Source: Granulosicoccus sp.
GTDB taxonomy: Bacteria; Pseudomonadota; Gammaproteobacteria; Granulosicoccales; Granulosicoccaceae
Assembly: GCA_013002205.1 (NCBI GenBank)
Contig: JABDKN010000128.1
Span: 2,824-66,823, forward strand
Direction: 5' to 3'
DNA: 64,000 nucleotides
Numbering within the stretch: the first letter of the stretch is position 1; each line of letters begins with the position of its first letter. Below, piece after piece: positions 44,439 to 56,800 of the stretch. The translations under genes were made by a program, and so were the position numbers. The notes under the pieces are model-generated. The model ran no database searches. It was not told where the DNA came from and saw only the letters and a list, made by a program, of their open reading frames with translations.

Positions 44439-45563
44439 TCACAGATTCTCCACCTCTCTGGCGCCTGTGCCTTCGGACACCGGGTGTTGATGGAATCGTT
44501 GACGCAATGATCGCTCCAGGTCGTCTATGGCCAGTTCGAGTGCAGAGCTGAGGCGAACCCTCGTGCCGACCTCATGCACCGTAGAGGGCAGGCCGACCAG
44601 GCTGGCCAGCTTGACAGCATCCTTGGCGGTCACCAGAACCGGCGCCTCTCCCGGAAAAGACACGTCCTGCAGCGTGAATACGTGATGATCCGGCAGTGCA
44701 TGCGGCTCCACCAGAATACCCATGGCCTGCAGCGCGTCGAAGAATCGTTGAGGGTGACCGATACCGGCCACGGCGTGCACCCGCCGTCCGACAAAACTCG
44801 CCAGTTCCGTGCTTCGACCTGTCGCCAGATTGACGGCCAGGGTTGGCACGAGCTCGAAGGTCTGATCCTGACTCGGTGCAAGCAGTTTCCACGTGGCCGA
44901 GTGCAGCAGTGAGTGGTGCAGTTTTCGCGTCTGCACCTGCGCCTCATCTGTGCTTTCGCGGTACGGCAACTGGATGGCCACGAGTTCGGCAGCGGCCAGG
45001 TGCCTTGTGGGCTGACGAAGCGGGCCTGCAGGCAACAGCCATAGATTTCCCAGTCCGCGCTTCCCGTCGATGACGATAATCTCGGCGACCCGGCCCATGG
45101 ACAAATGCTGCACTCCGTCATCGGAAAAGACGATATCGGCGTCCGAGTACCTGGCGATGTGCGCAACTGCAGCGGCCCGATCGATGCAGACGCAGACGGG
45201 CACCCCGGTTTGCCTGTACAGCATCACGGGTTCATCACCGGCCGTGGTGGCGGTGTCGTCTGCACTCAGCCGATGCGGCGTTTGCCGGCGCTTGCCACCG
45301 TAACCTCGACTGACGATTGCAGGTCGCCAGCCAGCCTGTTGAAAACGCTTTACCAGCTCTGCACACAGCGGAGTCTTGCCGGTACCACCCACTGACAGAT
45401 TACCGATAACGACGACCGGCAGCTCCGACGAATTCACCCTGCAGATCCCGGACCGGTAGGCCAGTTGCCGGACACCCAGCAACAGGCCGTAGATCATCGA
45501 GACAGGCCACAACAGGCAGCTCAACCAGTTGCGCGTCTGCCAACTGCGTTCGATGCGCCTCAT
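44439..45563 (-). CDS. lpxK: Tetraacyldisaccharide 4'-kinase
   Basis: GNLSVGGTGKTP, SRGYG, DEP, DDGVQH, LPAGPLR, AGIGHPQRFF. Confidence 0.96.
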   Translation of the reverse strand: MRRIERSWQTRNWLSCLLWPVSMIYGLLLGVRQLAYRSGICRVNSSELPVVVIGNLSVGGTGKTPLCAELVKRFQQAGWRPAIVSRGYGGKRRQTPHRLSADDTATTAGDEPVMLYRQTGVPVCVCIDRAAAVAHIARYSDADIVFSDDGVQHLSMGRVAEIIVIDGKRGLGNLWLLPAGPLRQPTRHLAAAELVAIQLPYRESTDEAQVQTRKLHHSLLHSATWKLLAPSQDQTFELVPTLAVNLATGRSTELASFVGRRVHAVAGIGHPQRFFDALQAMGILVEPHALPDHHVFTLQDVSFPGEAPVLVTAKDAVKLASLVGLPSTVHEVGTRVRLSSALELAIDDLERSLRQRFHQHPVSEGTGAREVENL

Positions 45564-45624
45564 ATGAACCTGATCCGCCAGCGGAACTCCGCGGTGAATT
45601 TATCAAGACGACGATTGGCAGCCA

Positions 45625-47367
45625 CTATCTGAATTGCAGCTGGTGCAGTTTGTAGTAATGCGCCCTGCGTTCAAGCAGTTCCCGGTGGGTGCCAACTTCC
45701 ACGATCTCGCCACGGTCCATCACGACAATCCGGTCCGCTTGCTCAATGGTGGACAGGCGATGGGCAATGACCAGTGTGGTCCTGCCCTTCATCAGGGCCT
45801 CCAGACCCTGCTGAACCTTCCTCTCAGACTCGGTATCCAGCGCTGAGGTGGCTTCATCGAGAATCAATATCGGTGCGTTCTTGAGCAGTGCCCGGGCGAT
45901 GGCGACGCGCTGCTTCTGTCCACCTGACAGCATCACTCCATTTTCACCCACCAGAGTTTCATAACCATCAGGTAGAAGCGAGATGAAATCGTGTGCATGG
46001 GCGGCCTTGCAGGCCTCATGCAGTGTCTGCTCGTCAATGGAGTCACGACTGCCATAGGCAATGTTACTGGCAATGGTGTCATTGAACAGCATGACATCCT
46101 GGCTGACCGTGGCAATCTGCCCACGCAGTGATTGCAGCGTGTAGCCCTGCACACTGTGGCCGTTGATCAGGACCATACCACTGTCGAGCTCATACAGCCG
46201 CGGAAGCAGATTGACCAGGGAGGTCTTGCCACTGCCGGATTCGCCAACGAACGCCACGGTCTCACCACGTGCAATGTGCAGGTCTATCTGTTTGAGTACG
46301 GTAGGTTTGTCTTCATCATAACGAAGATGCACTCCCCGGTACTCGATATGCTCGATGTCATCATCCAGAGTCCTGGTACCCAGATCGCGTTCGGATTCCA
46401 TGTCGAGAATGGCAAACAGGCTTTCTCCCGCAGCGATGCCTTTCTGTATCTGGCTGTTGAGTGTGGTCATACGCTTCAGCGGTGCAAACAGCAGTAGCAT
46501 GGCCGTGATGAAAGACATGAAGCTACCCACTGAAATACGATCGGCAACTTCTCCACTGGATGCGACATAGACAATGACGGCCAGCGCCATGGCGACCAGT
46601 AACTGGATGATCGGTTCGTTCAGCGCCTTGATCATGGTCTCTTTCATGTTGAACGCACGATTGCGCTCATTGACCATTTCGAATTCGTGCATTTCCTCCT
46701 GCTGCCCACCGAATATCTTGATGACTCGAGCACCTTCCACCGCTTCCTGGATGACATGACTCACGTCACCCATGGAGCCCTGGATGCTACGACTGATCGC
46801 ACGAAACTGGCGACTGACCCGTGCCACGATGAGTCCAATGACCGGCCCGATGACCAGAAAGGTCAGTGACAACTGCCAGCTCTGGTAGAACATCAATGCA
46901 AACAGGCCAATCGCGGTCAACGTATCGCGCACCAGTACCGTCAGTGAGCTGCTGGCAGCATTGGCCACCATCTGGCTGTTGAAGGTGATACGGGATATCA
47001 GTTCTCCCGAGGATGCCTGGTCGTAGAACGAGGTAGGCAGGGTCAGGTACTTTTCGAATATCTCGCCGCGTAACTGCTTGATCACCCGCCAGCCGATCCA
47101 CGCAATATAGTAGGTGGAGGCAAAACCGGCGACACCACGTACCAGGAAGATCCCGATGATCATCAACGGCACCAGCAGTATGGCCTGTCGGTCCTGTTCG
47201 ACGAAACTACCGTCCAGCATCGGTTTCATCAATGCCGCAAACGCCGTATCGGTCAGTGCATACCCGATCATGCCTATCACGGCAATGCTGAACTCGCGAC
47301 GGTACGGTTTTACATAGGACAGCAGGCGTCTGTAGGTCAGTCTCCCGGAAACCGGCTCCACGGCCAT
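45625..47367 (-). CDS. msbA: Lipid A export ABC transporter MsbA
   Basis: 6-TM domain plus NBD (GESGSGKT, LSGGQKQR, ILDEATSALD); upstream of lpxK. Confidence 0.96.
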   Translation of the reverse strand: MAVEPVSGRLTYRRLLSYVKPYRREFSIAVIGMIGYALTDTAFAALMKPMLDGSFVEQDRQAILLVPLMIIGIFLVRGVAGFASTYYIAWIGWRVIKQLRGEIFEKYLTLPTSFYDQASSGELISRITFNSQMVANAASSSLTVLVRDTLTAIGLFALMFYQSWQLSLTFLVIGPVIGLIVARVSRQFRAISRSIQGSMGDVSHVIQEAVEGARVIKIFGGQQEEMHEFEMVNERNRAFNMKETMIKALNEPIIQLLVAMALAVIVYVASSGEVADRISVGSFMSFITAMLLLFAPLKRMTTLNSQIQKGIAAGESLFAILDMESERDLGTRTLDDDIEHIEYRGVHLRYDEDKPTVLKQIDLHIARGETVAFVGESGSGKTSLVNLLPRLYELDSGMVLINGHSVQGYTLQSLRGQIATVSQDVMLFNDTIASNIAYGSRDSIDEQTLHEACKAAHAHDFISLLPDGYETLVGENGVMLSGGQKQRVAIARALLKNAPILILDEATSALDTESERKVQQGLEALMKGRTTLVIAHRLSTIEQADRIVVMDRGEIVEVGTHRELLERRAHYYKLHQLQFR

Positions 47368-47398
47368 CAGTTAACTCTGGGCATCTTCTTAGTGCAAC

Positions 47399-47815
47399 CT
47401 ATTGTGTACTTCGAGAGGTGGCAATGGACATCCTGAGCATGCCCAGCTGCCCTGCTGCATCCATGGCCGTAACCACCGCCTGGTGAGGTGCCTGAGCATC
47501 CGCACGAATCGTCAGCGGTGTGTCGCGCCGACCATCGGATACCTTGTAGAGCGCATTCTGCAAGCTGGCCACATCGGATTTCACCAGCTCCTGGTCGTTG
47601 ATGAAATACCGCCCGGCCGCGTTGATCACGACTTCGATGCGCTCCTCGGAACTCGGCATGTCCGTATCGGTAGCCCGTGGCAACTGCAGGGAAATCTCAG
47701 ATTCCTTCTGAAACGTCGTCGATACCATGAAAAATATCAGGAGTAGAAATACCACGTCGATCAGGGGTGTCAGGTTGAGCTCAAGCTCTTCACGCGGCTC
47801 ACGCTTGAATTTCAT
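47399..47815 (-). CDS. exbD: ExbD/TolR family protein
   Basis: LNLTPLIDVVFLLLIFFMV, IRADA. Confidence 0.93.
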   Translation of the reverse strand: MKFKREPREELELNLTPLIDVVFLLLIFFMVSTTFQKESEISLQLPRATDTDMPSSEERIEVVINAAGRYFINDQELVKSDVASLQNALYKVSDGRRDTPLTIRADAQAPHQAVVTAMDAAGQLGMLRMSIATSRSTQ

Positions 47816-47855
47816 GGCTGGGAGCTGTCCGTCACAGGATTATCCTTCCGCTCCA

Positions 47856-48479
47856 TCAGGCCACCCGGGCCCTGGACTGCCGCTTCTGCAACACGTCCAC
47901 CAGTTTCAGGGACTCCTTTTCCATGTCCACGACCAGTGCATCTACCCTGCCGCGAAAATAGCGATAGAACATCAGCGCGGGAATGGCCACCATCAGTCCG
48001 CCGGCAGTCGTGATCAATGCCTGGGAAATACCACCGGCAAGCTGCGCCGGGTTCCCGACACCGACCGTCGTTATATTGGTGAACACGCTGATCATGCCAA
48101 TGACAGTCCCCAGCAGGCCCAGTAGCGGCGTGACCGCGGCAATGGTACCCAACGCATTGAGATAACGCTCCAGTTCGTGCGCCACGTGTCCACCGACTTC
48201 CTCGATCGACGCCTTCATTATTTCGCGATCCTGACTGCGATTGTGCAGACCGGCGGCGAGAATTCGCCCCAAAGGGGATGCGTGCTGAATTTCGCGTATC
48301 TTGTCTTCAGTCAATTGACGGGTACTGGCCAATCGCCAGACATCGGCAACCAGGTTGGTCGGCAGAACCTTTTCATTGCGCAGGGAGTAGAAACGCTCCC
48401 CGACGATGGCCAGTGCGACTACTGAACACGCAACGATGGGCAGCATCAACCATCCGCCCGCTGTGACTATTTCCCACAC
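47856..48479 (-). CDS. exbB: MotA/TolQ/ExbB proton channel protein
   Basis: GGWLMLPI, TPLLGLLGTVIGMI, GISQALITTAGGL. Confidence 0.93.
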   Translation of the reverse strand: MWEIVTAGGWLMLPIVACSVVALAIVGERFYSLRNEKVLPTNLVADVWRLASTRQLTEDKIREIQHASPLGRILAAGLHNRSQDREIMKASIEEVGGHVAHELERYLNALGTIAAVTPLLGLLGTVIGMISVFTNITTVGVGNPAQLAGGISQALITTAGGLMVAIPALMFYRYFRGRVDALVVDMEKESLKLVDVLQKRQSRARVA

Positions 48480-51016
48480 AGTGTCTGTCCTTTTTGCGCA
48501 ATGGATATCAGGCGCAACACGATAGATTGCTCTGAAAAACGCTCAGTACAATCTGGATTTACGATTCCGTGCCAGAAGCGACGGTGTGAATGCCACCAGC
48601 TCTGTGGCGGCTGGCCGAGACCCGACCGGTTGATGCGAAAAGATACTGCACCCTCCATACCAGTAATGTAGGGCATTGCGCCAATTTGTGCATACCGGGA
48701 TTGTACATCGACATCAGGGAAACCATAGCGATTGGAATTACCTGCTGCGAAAACCACGTGTTCGGGTGGCAGGGTTTCCAGCAGCTCTGCGCTTGAGGAC
48801 GTACGGCTGCCGTGATGCGGGGCAACGAGAACGTCAACCGGTAGAACAGGCGGACCCCCATGTGCCGATGCAGACATCGCTCCACCGAGCCGATCGACCA
48901 GTCGTTTCTCGGCGTACGCTTCGATATCGCCCGTCAGCAGCACGCGACCGGCGCCCTGATGAATCAACAGCACACAGGACAGATCGTTATCCGATCCTGT
49001 GTCCGCTGCAGCAGGGTGCAGGAAGCTGAATACCGTCTCACCGTCCTGCCATTCATCACCAGCCTGGCAGGGTTTCGAACGCACTGCCCCGGCTCCGGCT
49101 CCGGCTCCGGCAGTGGCCGCCTCCTCAACTGACAGCTCCAGTGCGACGCTGCTGAATACACGTGCGTCAGGATATCGGCGCAATACATCAGGCAGGCCGA
49201 AGGCATGGTCTTCATCAGTATGCGAGATGACAACAGTGTCAATGCGTCGCCTCCCCTGCGCATGCAGGAACGGCACGACTACCGCTTCGAACATGCTGAG
49301 GCGGGGAGACACTTTGCCGCCGGTATCGAACAACAGAGTCTGGTGCCCGCTGAATACCAGCACGGCCAGGCCCTGGCCCACATCCATTACATGAACCTGA
49401 AATCCGTCCACGGGTGCGCGTGCGAGATTGAACACCAGGGCTGGCATCAGTAATGGCAAACCGAGCCAGCGCAATCCAAGCCCACGCGGGGACAGTAGCA
49501 GCAATATCGAGCATAGCGACAGACCCGCCACACTGGCCGAGGGCAGCGTCAGTGTGATTGAACCTGCCAGCGCGCTGGCCATCCATTCGAGCGTGTCAGT
49601 CAGCGCCCGCAATTGCCATTGTGTTACCTGCAGCAGCACGTCGGCGACAGCCGGCGCGATGACGCTGGCAATCAGTGTCAGGAAACACAGCGGCACCACA
49701 ATCAGCCCTACCCAGGGTATCGCCAGCAGATTGGCCAGAGGGGCAATCAGCGATCCGCTCTGGAAGAACCAGGCTGTCACCGGCAATAACAAGAGGCCGA
49801 GTAGCAGATGCATGCGTGCAACACCTGACAGACGATCGAGAAGACGGGACGGTGTGGCAGCATCGCCGGCAGTGGATTTACGCCCGGCCTCACCGGTACG
49901 CGGAGCCGATCTCTGGTGTCCGTGATGCAGGTAGAACAGCGCTGCAACGGTGCCGAAAGAGAGCCAGAATCCCGCCGACAGTACTGCTGGTGGATTCTGC
50001 ACCAGCACCGCAACCACCGCCAGGGATAGCCCCTGGCTGGCACCCAGAACCCGATGCCGCATGGCGGCCAGGGCCCAGACTGACAGCATGATCACGGCTC
50101 GCTGGGTGGGCAACGCGAATCCTGCCAGCAGGGCATACACCAGAGCCACGACCAGACCGAGCAACAGGCCGACCATCCCCGGATCGATAGTGAACACTGC
50201 CGCTCCGGTTGCCGGTTGTCGATAGAGCACACAGCCCGCCAGCCATCGCCCGGTCACATAAGCCCAGCCCGCCAGCAGAGAAATGTGCAGTCCGGATATG
50301 GCCAGGAGATGGGCGGTTCCGGTATCCCGCAGTGCGGCGCGAATCTCCGGTGCCACCGAGTGCCTCACCCCCAGGGTCAGAGCCTGCACCAGGCTGACGT
50401 ACTCGTTCGCCGACGCCAGCGCAGCCAGTCCGTTTGCCAGTTCTTCACGCAGCGAGGCAATGTCCGTGACAGCCGGCGGACTGATGCGCACGGGCTCTGG
50501 CGAATTTCTGACATACCCTCTGGCATGTATGCGTGAAGCAATTGCCCAGCGGACCCGATCGAAGCCTCCTGGGTTGCGCAGTCCCGTCATGGGCCGCAGC
50601 CGGGCCGTCAGCTCCCAGGTTTCCCCGGCGTGCAATGTCTGCCTGGAGCCATACCAGCTCAGCAGCAGTCGGCGCGGACCCAGGTTCCCTTTGCACGAAG
50701 AACAACGCAGCACAATTGCTTCGATGCGCACACGTTGCGGGTCACGCTGAGGTACGCTAGTGATGCGCACGACGAGGCGGTGCTCTGCCCCGACCTGTTC
50801 ACCGCGCAATTGACGGGCAGAAAGTTCAATGAAGCTGATACTGAGCATGAGTATTGCAGTCAGACATCCGTATACGACTGCTCGGGAACCGGTGTAGAAG
50901 ACAGAGATGGTAATCAGCGCCAGCGTGGCACACAGGATCAGCATTGGCGCAGGAATCGAATCGAGCTGCAGTATGATGACTACGCTCACCAGTAGACTGA
51001 CGGCAAACCGGCGCAT
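48467..51016 (-). CDS. comEC: DNA-uptake competence protein ComEC/Rec2
   Basis: NPGGFD, HLLAISGLHI, DVGQG, SHTDEDH, PHHGS; start ATG 51016. Confidence 0.93.
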   Translation of the reverse strand: MRRFAVSLLVSVVIILQLDSIPAPMLILCATLALITISVFYTGSRAVVYGCLTAILMLSISFIELSARQLRGEQVGAEHRLVVRITSVPQRDPQRVRIEAIVLRCSSCKGNLGPRRLLLSWYGSRQTLHAGETWELTARLRPMTGLRNPGGFDRVRWAIASRIHARGYVRNSPEPVRISPPAVTDIASLREELANGLAALASANEYVSLVQALTLGVRHSVAPEIRAALRDTGTAHLLAISGLHISLLAGWAYVTGRWLAGCVLYRQPATGAAVFTIDPGMVGLLLGLVVALVYALLAGFALPTQRAVIMLSVWALAAMRHRVLGASQGLSLAVVAVLVQNPPAVLSAGFWLSFGTVAALFYLHHGHQRSAPRTGEAGRKSTAGDAATPSRLLDRLSGVARMHLLLGLLLLPVTAWFFQSGSLIAPLANLLAIPWVGLIVVPLCFLTLIASVIAPAVADVLLQVTQWQLRALTDTLEWMASALAGSITLTLPSASVAGLSLCSILLLLSPRGLGLRWLGLPLLMPALVFNLARAPVDGFQVHVMDVGQGLAVLVFSGHQTLLFDTGGKVSPRLSMFEAVVVPFLHAQGRRRIDTVVISHTDEDHAFGLPDVLRRYPDARVFSSVALELSVEEAATAGAGAGAGAVRSKPCQAGDEWQDGETVFSFLHPAAADTGSDNDLSCVLLIHQGAGRVLLTGDIEAYAEKRLVDRLGGAMSASAHGGPPVLPVDVLVAPHHGSRTSSSAELLETLPPEHVVFAAGNSNRYGFPDVDVQSRYAQIGAMPYITGMEGAVSFRINRSGLGQPPQSWWHSHRRFWHGIVNPDCTERFSEQSIVLRLISIAQKGQTLCGK

Positions 51017-51135
51017 CAGCGTTACGGCAATGGCTGTGTGGGCTGTGTCTCTGTCGATTTTACGCCGCTCAACCGATGCCCGGCATCGCCTGTACGGCAT
51101 GGGATTGCGACAGACCTTTCACGGGCACATCCGAC

Positions 51136-51684
51136 GTGGCTGCTAACTGGCTGCGCGATCATCTGCCTGACGCCCACACCGTACGGCGCAAATTGCACCT
51201 CCAGCTTGGAGGCTCTGAATCCCATCCCGATGGCATCCGCACCTGGGTCAGAAATACCTTTGCCCAACCCATGGTCTGGCATCTCAACCGCCGTTCGGTA
51301 GCGGGCGGGGTGGCGGTGGGCCTGTTCATCAGCTGGGTGCCGGTGCCATTGCAGATGCTGCTGGCAGCAGTCGTGGCTGCAGTATTGCGCGTCCATGTGC
51401 CTGTCTCCGTGGTCATGGTGTGGTTCACCAATCCTTTGACCTTTGCCCCCCTACTGTATGCAGCATGGCGCAGTGGGTCAATGATTCTGGGTAAACCCGT
51501 ATTGGCTGAGCCACTGACCTTCTCACCCCACAGCCTGTTGACCAATGCCGGCTACGCGTGGCCGACGCTTCTGACCGGCATGCTGTTCTGCGCATCCGTA
51601 TCGGCGGTGCTCGGCTTTGTCGCAACCATGCTGCTGTGGCGCATTCACGCGCTCAGACGCTGGCGCCAAAGACGCCACCGTTGA
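51136..51684 (+). CDS. DUF2062 membrane protein
   Basis: WHLNRRSVAGGVAVGLF, PVPLQM, WFTNPLT; likely GTG start 51136. Confidence 0.85.
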   Translation: MAANWLRDHLPDAHTVRRKLHLQLGGSESHPDGIRTWVRNTFAQPMVWHLNRRSVAGGVAVGLFISWVPVPLQMLLAAVVAAVLRVHVPVSVVMVWFTNPLTFAPLLYAAWRSGSMILGKPVLAEPLTFSPHSLLTNAGYAWPTLLTGMLFCASVSAVLGFVATMLLWRIHALRRWRQRRHR

Positions 51685-51711
51685 CAAGGATCACACCGGC
51701 GCTGGCCTGGC

Positions 51712-52413
51712 TCAGGAGGGCAGCTCGAAGCTCTGCAGGACTCCGTGAGTCAGCTGTAAGACCCGGTCCATCCGTGATGCCAGACGCGTATCGTGCGTCA
51801 CGACCAGAAAACTGGTGCCCAGCTCGCGATTCAAACTGAGCATCAGCTCGTACACCCGGTCAGCCGTATCCTCATCCAGATTGCCGGTCGGTTCATCTGC
51901 CAGCACGACGTCCGGCTGATTGACCAGCGCTCTGGCGATGGCGGCGCGCTGCCGTTCGCCTCCGGACAACTCGGCCGGCTTATGCCGCAATCGCTCACCC
52001 AACCCGACCCGTTCGAGTAGCTCGGCAGCCTGCCGCGCTGCCTGTACGTTTGATTCACCACGAATCAGCAGCGGCATGCTGACATTCTCCACTGCACTGA
52101 ATTCCGGCAGCAGGTGATGAAACTGATAGACGAACCCGACCGCCTGATTGCGCAGGCGTCCACGTGCCGCCTGATTCAGGCGAGATACGTCCTGGCCGGC
52201 AAGATGCACGGTGCCGGAAGTTGGTGTATCCAGCCCCCCCAGCAGATGCAGTAAAGTGCTTTTCCCACTGCCCGAACTGCCAATGATCGCCACGCGCTCA
52301 CCCGGCCGGATTTCCAGTGACACGTCGCGCAGCACGTCCACTGACAGATCGCCCTGCCTGTAGCTGCGACTCAGGTGCTGCGCCTGGAGTACAGCGTTCA
52401 CCGGATCATTCAT
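51712..52413 (-). CDS. lolD: Lipoprotein-releasing ABC ATPase LolD
   Basis: [40 protein letters not shown]. Confidence 0.96.
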   Translation of the reverse strand: MNDPVNAVLQAQHLSRSYRQGDLSVDVLRDVSLEIRPGERVAIIGSSGSGKSTLLHLLGGLDTPTSGTVHLAGQDVSRLNQAARGRLRNQAVGFVYQFHHLLPEFSAVENVSMPLLIRGESNVQAARQAAELLERVGLGERLRHKPAELSGGERQRAAIARALVNQPDVVLADEPTGNLDEDTADRVYELMLSLNRELGTSFLVVTHDTRLASRMDRVLQLTHGVLQSFELPS

Positions 52414-53656
52414 ATGCCAGCGCCCTGGCAGGATCCGTCCGGGATGCACGCCACGCCGGATACAGCGTGGCCAGCAATGACAGCCCAAAGGACATGATGC
52501 CGACCTTGACCACATCGGCACTGCGCAGATCGGACGGCATCTCGTCGATGTAGTACACCTCGGGGTTGAGAACCGGCCCGGTAAATCGCTCGATGAACGG
52601 AACGACCACGTCGATGTTACTGGCCAGCAGAATGCCGCCAACCAGTCCTGCCACTGTGCCCAGAACCCCGATCAGCGTCCCCTGCACCACGAAAATGGAC
52701 AGGATACTGCCTGGTGAGGCGCCCTGGGTGCGCAGGATGGCGATGTCGGCCTGCTTGTCCTGAACGAGCATGACGAGCGTCGAGATGATGTTGAACGCAG
52801 CCACCGCGACGATCATCGACAGAATGATGAACATCATGGTCTTCTCCATCTTCACCGCCAGAAAATAGTTGGCGTTCTGCTGTGTCCAGTCGCTGACGAA
52901 GTAATCGAACCCAAGCTGTTGCCGAAGATCATTCGCTATCAGCGGCGCTCGTGCCGTATCGGACAGCTTGAGCCGTACGCCGGAATAACCGTCACCCATC
53001 TTGAACAAACGGGCACTGTCGGCAGCATGCATCACGGCTAGATTTCGATCGAACTGGAACATGCCGAAGCGGAACACGCCAGTGACGGTGAAGCGTTTGA
53101 CCCGCGGTACAAACCCCATGGGTGTAACGCTGGCCTCCGGCGTGATGACCATGATCCTGTCCCCGACAATGGCTCCCAGGTAGGCTGCCAGGTCCACTCC
53201 CAGCAGCAGTTCGAACTCACCAGGCTGCAACGCGGCAGCCAGTGATTCGACCTGCTCGAGATTATCTCCCAGCTCCGAAACCGCACCTTCCTGTTCGGGC
53301 AGCACACCGCGTACCAGAGCGCCGGTAGACCGTCCGCCGTGTACCAGCATGACCTGTCCCTCAACATAGGGTGCGGCACCGATGACCTCGGTGTGGGCCG
53401 TGGTGATTCCAGCGACTTTCTGCCAGTCAAGCATCGGCTCACCCAATCCGGTAACCGTGGCGTGCGATGAGGCACCGATGATGCGCTCACGCATCTCTTT
53501 TTCAAAACCGTTCATCACCGAAGTCACCGTGATCAGCGCAGTGACCCCCAGCATTATCCCCAGTATGGATACCAGTGAAATGAAGGAAATGAAGTGGTTG
53601 CGACGTTTGGCTCGCGTGTAGCGCAATCCAACGAACAATTCATAGGGTTGAAACAT
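52406..53656 (-). CDS. Lipoprotein-releasing ABC permease (LolC/E/F type)
   Basis: [47 protein letters not shown]. Confidence 0.95.
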   Translation of the reverse strand: MFQPYELFVGLRYTRAKRRNHFISFISLVSILGIMLGVTALITVTSVMNGFEKEMRERIIGASSHATVTGLGEPMLDWQKVAGITTAHTEVIGAAPYVEGQVMLVHGGRSTGALVRGVLPEQEGAVSELGDNLEQVESLAAALQPGEFELLLGVDLAAYLGAIVGDRIMVITPEASVTPMGFVPRVKRFTVTGVFRFGMFQFDRNLAVMHAADSARLFKMGDGYSGVRLKLSDTARAPLIANDLRQQLGFDYFVSDWTQQNANYFLAVKMEKTMMFIILSMIVAVAAFNIISTLVMLVQDKQADIAILRTQGASPGSILSIFVVQGTLIGVLGTVAGLVGGILLASNIDVVVPFIERFTGPVLNPEVYYIDEMPSDLRSADVVKVGIMSFGLSLLATLYPAWRASRTDPARALAYE

Positions 53657-53823
53657 GGTCCGGTAGAGTCGCAGATGAAGACAAGGTTCGCGGGTAGTGT
53701 AGTGAATCAGGCGCGTACGGGCCCACAGTTTCACCAAATAGGGCTGCGGAATCCCGATCCGGATAAATATGGGACAATTACCCCTGCAACGTTCCAGCCA
53801 GACGGATACATTCCCAAGCCTTC

Positions 53824-56800
53824 ATGAGCGCTACTGAAGAAACGGCCCTGCTGCTGCCTCCGGAGGCCGCATCGAAATCACGCTGGGGCCAGCTGTATGG
53901 CGCCTCGGAATCACTGGCCATTGCCGAACAGGCGGCAAGTTCCAACCAGCTGGTGGTGGTCATCGCACCCAACACCACCGAGTTACTGCATCTGGAGGTG
54001 GAGCTGCGATTCTTTGCAGGCGCAGACCTTCCAGTGCACGTGCTTGGTGATTGGGAAACCCTGACCTACGACCGGGTGTCGCCGCATCAGGACACTATCT
54101 CCCAGCGCATCCGGACCCTGTATTCGCTGCGCAAGGCACACCACGGTATTCTGTTGCTGACTGCCGCCGCGCTCATGCAGCGTCTGCCGCCGCAGAATTT
54201 CCTCGACCAGCATGCGCTGATCATCAATCAGGGCGACACGCTGCCGCTGGATGATTTTCGTACCCGACTGGTCGATGCCGGGTACCGGCTTGTCACACAG
54301 GTTGAGGAACATGGCGAATTTGCTGTGCGTGGCTCCATCCTCGACCTGTTTCCGATGAGCAGCAATTACCCGTATCGCGTTGAATTCTTCGATGACGACA
54401 TCGATACCATCCGAACTTTCGATGTCGACACCCAGCGTGGTCTCGAGCAGGCAGCAAAAATCGAGCTGTTGCCCGCTCACGAATTTCCGCTCAATGAAGC
54501 AGGTATCAGTCTGTTCAGGCGGCAGTATCGAAACGCTTTTGCCGCCGAAAGCAAGAATACGCCCATCTATCAATCGATCAGTGACGGCAACGCGCCGGCG
54601 GGTATCGAGTACTACATGCCGCTGTTCTTCGAAAGCACATCCCAGCTGTTCCATTACCTGCCGACATCCGCACGGTTCATTCTGGTTGATGGTGCCCAGC
54701 ATGCGTTTCAGAGTTTCGAGGACAACACGCTGGATCGCTACGAACAGCGCAGGCATGACGTGGAAAGGCCAATTCTGCCACCTGCCGAGATATACCTGAG
54801 CGCTGCCGAAGTCGGTCAGCTACTCGATGAGCGCGTTTGTACCAGCACCCAGCGTTTCGAAATCGAGAACACCGGCGAGGACGGGTTGAATCTGCAGACC
54901 GAGGCACCCGGCCTGTATCCACCAGAACCACGCAGTGAGCGGCCCCTGGGACTGTTGCAGGATTTCCTCGGCAGGTTTCCCGGCCGGGTGCTGTTCGTTG
55001 CCGAATCCACCGGACGACGGGAGGTATTGCTTGACCAGTTGGTGGGTAACCGGCTGGTTCCGGAAACCGTAGACAGCTGGGCGGATTTTCTGCGCAGTGA
55101 GCGCAACCTGTGCCTGACGACGGCAGCTCTGGATCGGGGCCTGCTGTTGCCGGAAGCACAGGTTGCCATGATTACCGAATCCCAACTCGGTTCGGGACGT
55201 ATCAAACGGCGGGAAAGGCGCAGACCCGCGCGTGATTCCGAAGCCATCATTTCCAACCTGACCGATCTGAGTATCGGTGCCCCGGTCGTGCACATCGACC
55301 ATGGTGTCGGACGCTACCAGGGCCTGAACTCACTGAGCGTTGGCGATGTCACCAACGAATACCTGACGATCCACTATGCCGGTGATGACAAACTTTACGT
55401 GCCGGTCTCCTCGCTACACCTGATCAGCCGGTATGCCGGTGCGAGTGAGGACAGCGCACCCCTGCACAAACTGGGCACCGATACCTGGCAGAAGGTTCGC
55501 AGAAAGGCTGCCGAAAAGGCCTACGATGTCGCAGCAGAACTGCTGGAGATTCATGCCAGGCGGGCGGCTCGCGAAGGTTTTGCATTTCCGGCAAGGTCGG
55601 ACAACTACACGCTCTTCAGCGATGCATTCCCGTTCGAGGAAACACCCGATCAGCTGGCCGCCATCGATGCGGTAGTAGCGGATCTGCGCTCGCCCCAGCC
55701 AACTGATCGCGTCGTCTGCGGAGATGTCGGTTTCGGCAAGACCGAAGTGGCCATGCGCGCCGCCTTCGTCGCCGTGGATGGGGGCAAGCAGGTCGCGGTG
55801 CTGGTGCCTACCACGCTGCTTGCACGACAGCATCACCAGAATTTCATGGACCGATTCGCCGACTGGCCGGTGCAGATCCAATCGCTTTCGCGTTTTGAAA
55901 CCGCCAGGGAGCAGAAAGAAATCCTGCAGCGACTGGCCAGCGGTGGTATCGACATCATCATCGGTACGCACAAACTGCTGAGCAGGGATATCAAGTACCG
56001 CAATCTCGGCCTGGTGATCATCGACGAGGAACATCGCTTCGGCGTCCGCCACAAGGAGCACATGAAGGCACTTCGCTCAGAAGTCGATATCGTTACACTG
56101 ACGGCGACGCCCATCCCGAGAACGCTGAACATGGGTCTGGCAGGCATGCGCGACCTGTCCATCATCGCCACGCCCCCGCAACATCGCCATGCGATCAAGA
56201 CCTTTGTCGGCGAGTGGTCTGATGTACAGATCCGCGAGGCCTGCGAGCGTGAGTTGTCACGTGGCGGCCAGGTTTATTTCCTGCATAACGAGGTGCAGAC
56301 CATCGAGCGCATCGTCGAGGATCTCGAACGCATCGTCCCGCACGCGCAGATCAATTACGCGCACGGCCAGATGCGCGAGACAGACCTCGAGCAGGTCATG
56401 AGCGATTTCTACCACCAGCGCTTCAATATCCTGGTCAGCACCACGATCATAGAAAGCGGCATCGACATACCAACTGCCAATACCATCATCATCAACCGCG
56501 CCGACAAACTCGGGCTGGCGCAGCTGCACCAGCTGCGTGGTCGAGTCGGGCGCTCGCACCATCGGGCCTACGCCTACCTGTTGACACCGCCCCGGGGTTC
56601 GATGACCGCTGATGCCGAAAAACGCCTGCAGGCCATAGAGTCGCTGGAAGACCTGGGAGTCGGATTCACCCTGGCAACTCACGACCTGGAAATTCGCGGT
56701 GCCGGTGAATTGCTTGGAGAAGGTCAAAGTGGTCAGATCCAGGAGATCGGCTTCACCCTGTACAGCGAGTTGCTGACCCGGGCGGTCAGGGCGCTGAAAA

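Noticed and set aside
49090-49111. GGCTCC x3 microrepeat in comEC encoding AGAGAGA
   Set aside because: Short in-frame low-complexity linker; 6-nt units would not shift frame, so there is no phase-variation signal.
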